From positions 1 to 53,475 of the forward strand of contig JAZRHU010000016.1 of assembly GCA_045644945.1 (NCBI GenBank): 53,475 nucleotides of DNA. Reading direction: 5' to 3'. How positions within the stretch are numbered: position 1 is the stretch's first letter; each line of letters begins with the position of its first letter. Below are positions 36,132 to 44,439 of this stretch, piece after piece. Position numbers and translations under genes: made by a program. A model generated the notes under the pieces. That model searched no databases. It worked only from the letters and a program-made list of their open reading frames with translations, and was not told where the DNA came from. Origin of the DNA: Candidatus Fimimonas sp. (GTDB lineage Bacteria > Bacillota > Clostridia > Christensenellales > CAG-314).

Positions 36132-37328
36132 ATGAGATCTACAAGACGTGGATTTGGTCGCAGAGCTTTGTCCTTTGGTTTGGCAATTTTCTGCGCAATC
36201 ACACTTATGTCCGTCGGTTTCGCTGCATGGGTATTGTCCAACAATGCCAATCTCGAATCCGGTGGCGGAATCACAACTGAAACAATCACAGACAAATCCG
36301 TTAACATTGTTATCACCAATGCTGACAAAAACAAGGTGCTCTACGACTCCGTTGACGAAAATGGTGTAGGTACAGGTAAACAAAACCTTGTATTTGGTCA
36401 CTTGCCAGTAGATAACCCAGATGCTAACAAGGGCTTTATCCAAACTGACGGCGAAGATGGCAAGGCAGATAACGAAGACTTGCAATTTGTTGTTAAGGGT
36501 ACCGTTGATAACGTAGACAAAATCGGTCAATTGCACTTCCAAGTGCGCGTTCCCGATAGTCTTATTGCTGCAGCTGGTCTTAGCAAGGTTGCTGATACTT
36601 GGTCCTACGACCCTGCAAAGGCATTCATCAGATTGCCAAGCTTTGCAAGAGATAGCCAAGGTAACCAAATTCCTTACATCACAGGCACACTTACAGCTCC
36701 AGATGCTGACGGCAAAGTTAAGTACGAATTCCCAGCTAAAACAGACAACTGGACAGGACGAATGACAGAGGACGTTCTTTGGGAAGATCCATCTGCTTTG
36801 TTGACATCTGGTTCCGGTACTGCTGTTATCACAGACTTGGACGGCAATCAATACACAATCAAGTATGTTTCCGGCAGAACTGACAAGTTGGAATTCGAAT
36901 TGACAGTTAACTTCTACTGGGGTGCAAGATACCTTGGTATGAATCCTAACTACTTCTACGACGTAAACGAAAGAGTAAAGGGTACACACGACCAACTTAC
37001 AACTGATGTTCCAAACCCATACACCACAACCAACATGGATTTGGTTAACTACGACTTGTTGCTTGTTCAAGCCGTTATCAATGGCCTTAGCCTTGAAGAC
37101 TACTTGACAGCTAACAACGTTGATGCAACTGAAATCTACAAAGATACAGGTATCGAGTTGAATGGTGCAACTTTGGAAGACTACATCAAGTCTAATCCAG
37201 ATGGCATCAAGGCAAAACTTGGCATTTTGCAAGAAAACATTGCAACAGCAATTGCAAACTTGGGCAAGGACGACAACCACAAGAATGCTCCACTTTACGC
37301 ATTCTGGATTTACGCAGACGTAAAATAG
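36132..37328 (+). CDS. Secreted acidic protein, 398 aa, with the VGFAAW N-terminal motif
   Basis: AAGGAGAA RBS. N-terminus MRSTRRGFGRRALSFGLAIFCAITLMSVGFAAWVLSN. Confidence 0.85.
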   Translation: MRSTRRGFGRRALSFGLAIFCAITLMSVGFAAWVLSNNANLESGGGITTETITDKSVNIVITNADKNKVLYDSVDENGVGTGKQNLVFGHLPVDNPDANKGFIQTDGEDGKADNEDLQFVVKGTVDNVDKIGQLHFQVRVPDSLIAAAGLSKVADTWSYDPAKAFIRLPSFARDSQGNQIPYITGTLTAPDADGKVKYEFPAKTDNWTGRMTEDVLWEDPSALLTSGSGTAVITDLDGNQYTIKYVSGRTDKLEFELTVNFYWGARYLGMNPNYFYDVNERVKGTHDQLTTDVPNPYTTTNMDLVNYDLLLVQAVINGLSLEDYLTANNVDATEIYKDTGIELNGATLEDYIKSNPDGIKAKLGILQENIATAIANLGKDDNHKNAPLYAFWIYADVK

Positions 37329-37531
37329 TTTGCGAGTTCTGCAACCTTAGGCAACTTATGCTAAGTAGGCAAAGTATTTAGCTAACTAAAAAAGCTAAAA
37401 CTATGCTTGCATTAAGGTTGCAATGGCACACCAAAACTGTGCAAAACTTGTGTAATCACAAGATGGCGAGTGTGCCACGTTGGTACACTGCACACAAAAA
37501 CACAACATACAAAACTATGCTTTTCTAAACT

Positions 37532-37574
37532 TGTATAATGATAGTTCACCCAAGGCAATACGCGGCCTTGGGTG
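37532..37574 (+). promoter_or_regulatory. Extended -10 element (TGTATAAT) followed directly by a perfect 10-bp hairpin in the sipW-like leader
   Basis: TGTATAAT at 37532-37539. Hairpin CACCCAAGGC/GCCTTGGGTG at 37547-37574, followed by CTATGTGTTTT. Confidence 0.4.
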
Positions 37575-37657
37575 GCTATGTGTTTTAGAAAGTGTTTAAA
37601 TCGCGTATGTGCTAACATCTGTTAGCCCAAAAAATATCTAAAATCAAGGTTTTTAAC

Positions 37658-38722
37658 ATGTCTCAACAACAAATCATCGCATTGGTGGTCACAGCCATCG
37701 GTGTGGGAAGTTTCTTGGTGGTGTTTACCATTTTGTTTGCAAACTTCCGCAAGTTTTCCGTCAACGAAATCAAAAGTGGAAAACGCGACATCGAGCTGAT
37801 TCAGGACTACTTCCATAACAAAAATCCCAAAGTTATCGCGCGCAGAAAGGCAAACAAGGTCGTTCGCGACGTGTTATTTGTGCTGTTTTTGTTGCTTGTG
37901 TTGTTTAGCATTTCCTTTACTTTGGTATCGCGTTTTACCGACAAATTACCTATTGGAACAAAAACTTTGATGGTTGTCGCAACCGACTCGATGAGCGAGA
38001 AACATTCCGACAACGACTACCTACAAAACTACGACAATCAATTTCAACAATACAGTATCATCGTTTTGGAAAAGGTGGATCCAAACGATTTGGAAAAGTA
38101 CGATGTAATTGCTTACAAAACATCTACAGTAACACTAATTCACCGTATTGTTGGCATAGAAAAAACCACCACAAGCACACGCTATGTTACCTGTGGCGAC
38201 AAGTATTCTCACGAAACCAAAACCGACCCCTACAAACCTTCACAAAAGGACGTTATTGGTCGCTATACCGGTGTGGAAATACCCTTCTTTGGCTCAATTG
38301 TTTTGTTTTTGCAAGCCCCCGCAGGACTCATCACAATGTTAGCGCTACTTGTTTGTATGTTGATGTTCGACACCAACAGCGGACAAATCAGCAAGGAACA
38401 ACAAAAGCGCACCGATTTTCTTTTGACAATTCTCGATATCGACAACATGACGGACAAAACGAAACTAAGTGTCGATTTCGTTGAAAAAATATATCTCGAC
38501 AAAGTTGCTTACTCTTTTAGTAGCGAAGGACTTGTTAGCAAGGATGTTGCAACGGAAGTGCTAATTAGCCATCACCGCTTGCCTCCACAAGATGCCATCA
38601 CGCAAGTGGTGCAACCTGTCGAACCCTCAACGGACGTGACGGAAATTTCCTCCGACACTCCAGCCGATGTGCCAACAAACACATCGGTATCCCCAACCGA
38701 CACAGACGAAAGCAATAGCTAA
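37658..38722 (+). CDS. Signal peptidase I of the archaeal/ER (SipW, S26B) type with an extra N-terminal helix and a long C-terminal extension, 354 aa
   Basis: VVATDSMSE (Ser box), VTLIHRIVGI (His box rather than Lys) and CGDKYSHETKTD (GD box). There is a further TM helix and a ~110-aa Ser/Thr/Pro/Asp-rich tail. Confidence 0.75.
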   Translation: MSQQQIIALVVTAIGVGSFLVVFTILFANFRKFSVNEIKSGKRDIELIQDYFHNKNPKVIARRKANKVVRDVLFVLFLLLVLFSISFTLVSRFTDKLPIGTKTLMVVATDSMSEKHSDNDYLQNYDNQFQQYSIIVLEKVDPNDLEKYDVIAYKTSTVTLIHRIVGIEKTTTSTRYVTCGDKYSHETKTDPYKPSQKDVIGRYTGVEIPFFGSIVLFLQAPAGLITMLALLVCMLMFDTNSGQISKEQQKRTDFLLTILDIDNMTDKTKLSVDFVEKIYLDKVAYSFSSEGLVSKDVATEVLISHHRLPPQDAITQVVQPVEPSTDVTEISSDTPADVPTNTSVSPTDTDESNS

Positions 38723-38858
38723 ATTTGCGCTGTCCTTTGGGAGCAATATTTAATATGATATTTTTACAATCATATTGATATTGATTAACTATCTTATTGA
38801 TATATTAAAATATATATAATACAAAAGTAACAATTCTACTTAACATAGGAGAAACATC

Positions 38859-40640
38859 ATGTTAAAGGCAATTTATACTCGTAAAAACTACATCACAATC
38901 GCATTGGCTTGTATGTACTCATTTTTGATGGTTTTTGTTGGTCTTTGCTTGGACAATGGTTCCACAATGCTTAGCCCCAAGAACCCCATCAACATGTTGG
39001 GTGCAGCCATCGGTTTGCCCGCAGTAACACCAAACATCAATGGTATCATCACGCTGTTTTTGTGTGGCGTGTTCTTTGCAGTGTTTGTAGCCGCTGTTAT
39101 CTACCAACATCGCGTAGCAGTTGTGGCAGGCAGAAAACCATTCTCTTTCAAGATGGTGATGGCTTACATTCTTACTGCATTTGTGTGCTTGGCACTTTCC
39201 GTTGGTGTTGGTATTTTGATCCAAAGCCCAATCACAGCGGAAAATTTGAGCATTTTGCTTAGATACTTGTTCAACACAGTGGTGCTTTCCGCATTGATTT
39301 ACGCAGTTTTGTTTGTTGGTATTGGTTCTGTTGTGATGCTTGTTGTTAACTTTATTTTGATCGACAAGCCATTTAGAGGTACCGAACAAGATGAACCTGT
39401 CTTTGACGATGACGATATCCACGACGTTTCCGGCAGTTTTGACGTTGATGCAAACTCCAACACAACAGGTGCAGCAGGTGGCACAGGTGGTGCTGGTGGC
39501 GAAGGCGGCGGTGGCGGTGGTGGCCAAACAATGAATCTTGGCGACCGCGAAAAGGTATTCCCCGAGCTTTCAAGCATCGACAACAAGTACGATGGTTTTG
39601 ATGCTATCCCAGTAGATAGCGATCCAGTATCTTTGGAAGAACTTGCAACTGGATTTAGAAATTTCCTTGCAAAAAACCATCAATTGTACTTCGATATTGA
39701 TGTAATCCGCTTCTTTATCAGCGGTTTTGGCGCATCTCACTTCGAAATTTTGGAAGGTTTGTCTGGTACAGGTAAGTCCTCCTTGCCAAGATACTTTGCA
39801 AAGTATGTTAACGGTAACGTTTTGTTCATGCCAGTACAAGCAACATGGCGTGACAAGACAAGTATTTTGGGCTTTTTCAACGAATTCTCTCAAACCTATT
39901 CCGAAACAGAGTTTTTGACAAAGTTGTACGAATCTGCTTACAACACAGACGAAGTAAACATCTACGTTTTGGACGAAATGAACATCAGCCGTGTAGAATA
40001 CTACTTTGCTGACCTTCTTTCCGTACTTGAGTACCCAGTTGAAGATTGGAAGCTTAAGATTATGAACGTTCCTCACACATTTGTTCCACCAATCAAGTTG
40101 GAAGATGGTTACGTTCGCATCCCAGAAAACAGCTACTTTGTTGGTACAGCCAACCGAGACGACAGTACATTTACCATCACAGACAAGGTTTACGACCGTG
40201 CCATCACTTTGGACTTCGAAGCGCGCAACACACCATTCAAAGTTGACCACGAAGTTTCCTCCATTCGTCTTTCTGGCTCCTATTTCCGTCAATTGTTCAA
40301 TGATGCAATGGCAAACGGAACACACCTTACAGAGGAAGACAAGGCCAAGTTGGACAAGGTTATCAACTTTGTATTCGACAAGTTTGACCTTACAATCGGT
40401 AACCGTATCATGAACCAAATCTACAACATCGTTCCTGTGTTTGTAGCTTGTGGCGGTACAAAGGAAGATGCACTTGACTTTATGCTTTGCAAAAAGTTGT
40501 TTGCCAAGTTGGAAGGCCGTTTCGAAGAATACGTAAAAGTAGCTCTTAGTGAAACATTGAGCTTGATTCGCAATGTCTACGGCAAAGGCGTGCTCAAGCG
40601 TTGCGAAAGAGTTTTGGAAAAGATCGAAAGATCCTTGTAA
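38859..40640 (+). CDS. Polytopic membrane domain plus Gly-rich linker plus McrB-type (COG1401-like) AAA+ NTPase, 593 aa
   Basis: 4-5 hydrophobic helices in aa 1-170. Linker GAAGGTGGAGGEGGGGGGGQ. Walker A GLSGTGKS. IYVLDEMNISRVEYYFADLLSVLE and FVGTANRDDSTF resemble the McrB-family signature. Confidence 0.7.
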   Translation: MLKAIYTRKNYITIALACMYSFLMVFVGLCLDNGSTMLSPKNPINMLGAAIGLPAVTPNINGIITLFLCGVFFAVFVAAVIYQHRVAVVAGRKPFSFKMVMAYILTAFVCLALSVGVGILIQSPITAENLSILLRYLFNTVVLSALIYAVLFVGIGSVVMLVVNFILIDKPFRGTEQDEPVFDDDDIHDVSGSFDVDANSNTTGAAGGTGGAGGEGGGGGGGQTMNLGDREKVFPELSSIDNKYDGFDAIPVDSDPVSLEELATGFRNFLAKNHQLYFDIDVIRFFISGFGASHFEILEGLSGTGKSSLPRYFAKYVNGNVLFMPVQATWRDKTSILGFFNEFSQTYSETEFLTKLYESAYNTDEVNIYVLDEMNISRVEYYFADLLSVLEYPVEDWKLKIMNVPHTFVPPIKLEDGYVRIPENSYFVGTANRDDSTFTITDKVYDRAITLDFEARNTPFKVDHEVSSIRLSGSYFRQLFNDAMANGTHLTEEDKAKLDKVINFVFDKFDLTIGNRIMNQIYNIVPVFVACGGTKEDALDFMLCKKLFAKLEGRFEEYVKVALSETLSLIRNVYGKGVLKRCERVLEKIERSL

Positions 40641-40800
40641 TTTGGTGTATTTTTGTACATCCATCAACATTGTTTCTTACTACACATCAGCACTTGTGCA
40701 ACACAAAAATGACCTTGTTGCACAGTGTTGAAATAGTGGTGCAAAATATCAAAAACACACCACGTATAGCCAAAAAATTGAAAGTAACCGGAGTCTTTTT

Positions 40801-42087
40801 ATGAGAAGTGTCGAAAAAGTTTCATTACAGGAATTTGTTTCCGATATGAAAGATTACTGCGTGAGTTATCCAACTGGTCTGGATTTTTATTCCAATCTGG
40901 ACAAGTTGCCAATGAACTCATTGCAGTCCTTGTCATGCGAAAAAGACCGCGACTATCTCAAGCAAGTGGACCGCATTTTGCGCATTGTTATGTCCATCAT
41001 TTCCCATCCACACATTTCCAACAAGCGCGAGGAAATTGTAACTCGTATCGAGCAAGCAAAACAACTTTCCGAAGAAGAGTTTAGACGTGTTTTGCAAAGT
41101 GGTAACATGTGGAAACGTCACGATGCCAAGATGGTGCCAGAAGACGTCTACTACTACCAACACGTAGACGAACTTGCCATCTACGAAAACCAATTTATTT
41201 GTTTGCTGATTGATTTGTTAGACAAAGACTTGGCAATGTATGGCGAGTTTTACATCGCTTTGTTGCCTAGCTATACCGAAGACCATCCCGAAATGATTTC
41301 CGGCGAGGAGTCGCAACTGGTTTTGCGTCAAATCGACAGATTGCGCAAACGCATCAGCTTCATCAAGAACACCCATTTCTACAAGGAAGTTAGCAAAGTT
41401 AAACGAATTTCTCGCAACATCCAACGTACAAACATTTTGCTCAAAGATAACTTGTACAAGCAAACTTTCCGTTTTTACAGACAGTTTATCAGCTACGAAA
41501 ACGAAGGCGTAGTGTACGAGGACTTGCAAAACTTCTACTTTGTTTTGATTCTCAAGGATTTGTTCAAACGCGGATTTAAGTTTGATGGTTCTGCAACTGT
41601 TTTTGGCAAACCCGTTTGGAACTTTGTTGGCGAGCAGTTCAAGATCAAGTTAACATTTGACAAAAACAAATTCGGCTTCGACTTTGTAATTGCCGACCAA
41701 TACAGCAACAGATTGGCTCGTCACTTGTTGCTTTTGTCACCAACAATCAGTTTTTCCGAGGTTCGTGATCCCGAAATCGACGTTTGGGATACTGTCGATG
41801 CACTTTCTTTGTGGAACTGTGTCGATATGGAAGATAATATCAAACGACCCATCGAAAAGCCTTTGAGCGAGGCGCAATTGGTAGCAAACTGGTTGGATAA
41901 CAAACTTGCACACACCATTGCAAACGAGGATGTGTACAGCCATTACTGCCCCGTATGCAAAAACAAAAATATCGATATCAAGGATGGTTTGCATATCTGC
42001 ATGAAGTGCAAATCTCACTACGTATTTACTCGCAATAAAAATAGCAACACAGTTTTGTGGTTTACAAAACTTCGGAGAGCAAAATGA
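40801..42087 (+). CDS. McrC/DUF2357-like partner protein with a C-terminal zinc ribbon, 428 aa (tentative assignment)
   Basis: It sits directly after the McrB-like gene. AIYENQFICLLIDLL resembles the N-terminal McrC/DUF2357 region. C-terminal CPVCKNK...CMKCKSHY. I could not see a clear PD-(D/E)xK motif. Confidence 0.45.
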   Translation: MRSVEKVSLQEFVSDMKDYCVSYPTGLDFYSNLDKLPMNSLQSLSCEKDRDYLKQVDRILRIVMSIISHPHISNKREEIVTRIEQAKQLSEEEFRRVLQSGNMWKRHDAKMVPEDVYYYQHVDELAIYENQFICLLIDLLDKDLAMYGEFYIALLPSYTEDHPEMISGEESQLVLRQIDRLRKRISFIKNTHFYKEVSKVKRISRNIQRTNILLKDNLYKQTFRFYRQFISYENEGVVYEDLQNFYFVLILKDLFKRGFKFDGSATVFGKPVWNFVGEQFKIKLTFDKNKFGFDFVIADQYSNRLARHLLLLSPTISFSEVRDPEIDVWDTVDALSLWNCVDMEDNIKRPIEKPLSEAQLVANWLDNKLAHTIANEDVYSHYCPVCKNKNIDIKDGLHICMKCKSHYVFTRNKNSNTVLWFTKLRRAK

Positions 42088-42842
42088 GCGTAAACGAAAA
42101 CAACAATCAAACAAAAACGCCCTCTATTGTCATAACGGAACTGCACAAGTCCTATGGCAAAAAGCAGGTGCTAAAAGGCCTCAACTTGGAAGTGTTCCCT
42201 GGCGAGTTGTTTGGCTTTATCGGTAAGAACGGTATTGGTAAATCTACCACAATCGACTGTGTTATTGGTAGCAAAAAGTTCAATTCCGGTACCATCTTGC
42301 TAAATGGTTACGACATCAAAAATGAGCCATTGCTTGCAAAATCGCAATTTGGCTACGTTGCAAGTGAGCCATCCTGCTACGACGTTATGACCGGCTACGA
42401 GTACTTGGAGTTTATTGCCAGCATCTACAACGTTTCCGAAGGTGATTTTGTCCGCAACATGCGTTACCTTTGCAATCGTTTGAAGCTAGACCAAAAGGAA
42501 CTTGGCAACCGCATTGCTAACTACTCCCACGGTATGAAACAAAAACTTTGTTTGGTGGGTAGCTTGTTGTACAATCCATCCATTTGGATTTTGGACGAAC
42601 CAACTGTTGGTTTGGATATCATGGCGGTGGAAGAACTAAAACGAATGATGCGCGAATATGCAAATCATGGCAAAACAGTTTTTGTAACATCACACAACAT
42701 CGACTTGGTAAGCCGACTTTGCGACCGAGTTGCAATCATAAACGAAGGTCAAGTAGCGGTGCTATACGACCTCAACAAAGAACCAAACCGTCGCTTGCAC
42801 CTATCTCGTGCATTTATGAAAATTTACGGAGAAGAAGAGTAA
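42084..42842 (+). CDS. ABC transporter ATP-binding protein
   Basis: Walker A GKNGIGKST, signature YSHGMKQKL, Walker B ILDEP. Start at ATG 42084, overlapping the upstream stop (ATGA). Confidence 0.9.
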   Translation: MSVNENNNQTKTPSIVITELHKSYGKKQVLKGLNLEVFPGELFGFIGKNGIGKSTTIDCVIGSKKFNSGTILLNGYDIKNEPLLAKSQFGYVASEPSCYDVMTGYEYLEFIASIYNVSEGDFVRNMRYLCNRLKLDQKELGNRIANYSHGMKQKLCLVGSLLYNPSIWILDEPTVGLDIMAVEELKRMMREYANHGKTVFVTSHNIDLVSRLCDRVAIINEGQVAVLYDLNKEPNRRLHLSRAFMKIYGEEE

Positions 42843-42846
42843 CTCA

Positions 42847-44439
42847 ATGATCAATCTACTGATAAAAGACTTTAGACTTATGTTCGGAAACAAACAGAGT
42901 GCGTCACAACGTATTATCTCTGGTGTTTTTTCCGTACTGTTTTTCGTGGCTTTTATCGTGATTGAAGTGTTTTTGTTCCGTACAATCCTAAAAACTATCA
43001 AAGACATCAAACATGCATCTACTGCATTTTTGACAGTATTTTTACTTATCACAACGATATTTATCACAATTGGTAACCTTTTCCAAGCAAAAAGATTATT
43101 TTTCGACGCAAAGGATATAGAGCAACTTTCCAATCGCCCCGTATCCAATACTCAAATCATTTTGTCTAAACTTTTGTACTTGTTTTTGATCCACTACGCA
43201 ACAAGCTTGATGTTTGAGTATCCACTTTTTGTGGCGTATGGTCTATTGGCTAACAAAATGCCAATGTTCTACTACTTGTGTTTGTTCTACCCAGTTGCAA
43301 CATTTTTCTTCTCGATGGGTGTTGCGTTGCTTCTTGTTTACCCACTTTGGTTGTTTACAAAGTTTATCAAACGCCATTTTTGGTTGGAAATGAGTGTTTC
43401 GTTGGTACTTATTTGTGGTCTTACCATTGCATACTCCTATGTCTTGGATATTTTCATCAAATTGGTTGCCAATAACGACCTTCTTTCCTTGTTCTCGCAA
43501 GAGTCCATCAATAGCTTTATCAAATTCCAAAACTATGCCTTCCCTGTAAACTTTTTGGTAGATATTTTCTTCAATAAGCATGCAACGGCATTGTTCCCAT
43601 ATCTTTGTATATCCATTGGCGTGTTCGGATTGGGACTTTCGGTGGCAATTTTTGCATTTGGTGATGTTCGTAACATTTCTTCGAACACAACAGTCAACCA
43701 AAAGGAACGCCCCTACAAGTCCACATCCGTAACTACTGCGCTAATCAAAAAGGAGTTTAGCTTGATCGGCAAAAACTCCGACTATATATTCAGCTACACA
43801 GGACTATTAATTGCTCAGCCACTTTTGTTGTACTTTGTTACAAAGTCCATGAACACAGTGCTTGGCAGTGGCACAATCCAATACTTTGCAAAGCTTGTTC
43901 CTGGTCTAATTGACTATGTTGATATTTTGCTGATGATGCTATTTACCGTTATCATCAACCAAGGTGCAAACAGTTACATCACCATGGAAGAGCGCACAAT
44001 CAAAAACATGAAGACAATTCCTGTGCCATTTGGCAAGCAATTGTTCATCAAGGTAGCAATTCCATTTGGACTTTCCACAATTTCGCTGATTGTCAGTTGT
44101 TTGGTTTTGTGGTTGACAAAAACAGTAACATTGCAACTTGCATTGTTTGCATTGCTAATTTCGGTAGTGCTTTTGTTTGTATTCCAAATCATCTCCCTTT
44201 GGGAGGAGTTGTCCATTCGTCACGGCAAACCCAGGACATCGTCTATGTCCACATTGTTTGCATACCTTTTGCCCATTGTATATGCGGTTACCGCTATCAT
44301 TTTGTCATACACAGGCCTTCCAACAGCAGTCACAATTTTGGGTGGTCTTGGTGTTATTGCAGTTATTGGTGCCATTCCCGTTATCATCGTATTTACGCGC
44401 GCCAATGATATGTTCTTAAGTTTGGAGGCAATCAACTAA
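42847..44439 (+). CDS. ABC exporter permease-like polytopic membrane protein, 530 aa
   Basis: About 10-12 hydrophobic helices. It starts 4 nt after the ATPase gene. Confidence 0.7.
   Translation: MINLLIKDFRLMFGNKQSASQRIISGVFSVLFFVAFIVIEVFLFRTILKTIKDIKHASTAFLTVFLLITTIFITIGNLFQAKRLFFDAKDIEQLSNRPVSNTQIILSKLLYLFLIHYATSLMFEYPLFVAYGLLANKMPMFYYLCLFYPVATFFFSMGVALLLVYPLWLFTKFIKRHFWLEMSVSLVLICGLTIAYSYVLDIFIKLVANNDLLSLFSQESINSFIKFQNYAFPVNFLVDIFFNKHATALFPYLCISIGVFGLGLSVAIFAFGDVRNISSNTTVNQKERPYKSTSVTTALIKKEFSLIGKNSDYIFSYTGLLIAQPLLLYFVTKSMNTVLGSGTIQYFAKLVPGLIDYVDILLMMLFTVIINQGANSYITMEERTIKNMKTIPVPFGKQLFIKVAIPFGLSTISLIVSCLVLWLTKTVTLQLALFALLISVVLLFVFQIISLWEELSIRHGKPRTSSMSTLFAYLLPIVYAVTAIILSYTGLPTAVTILGGLGVIAVIGAIPVIIVFTRANDMFLSLEAIN

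Noticed and set aside
36093-37280. 395-aa ORF on the minus strand.
   Set aside because: It lies entirely antisense to the well-supported gene 36132-37328, which has an RBS, a signal motif and a sensible composition. Its own translation is Cys/Val-rich and low in charged residues, and it has no RBS. It is a shadow ORF caused by codon bias.
38723-38858. AT-rich gap with repeated TTGATA words, considered as a defined promoter for the McrB-like gene.
   Set aside because: Several -35-like and -10-like hexamers are present, but none has acceptable 16-18 nt spacing by my count. A promoter is likely here, but I cannot place it.
39570-40670. 366-aa minus-strand ORF.
   Set aside because: It is antisense to the AAA+ domain, which carries clear Walker motifs. 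The composition is Val/Cys/Phe-rich and no motifs are visible. The same reasoning rejects 47524-48360, 48754-49443, 49651-50289, 51135-51623, 10928-11524 and 14415-14939.
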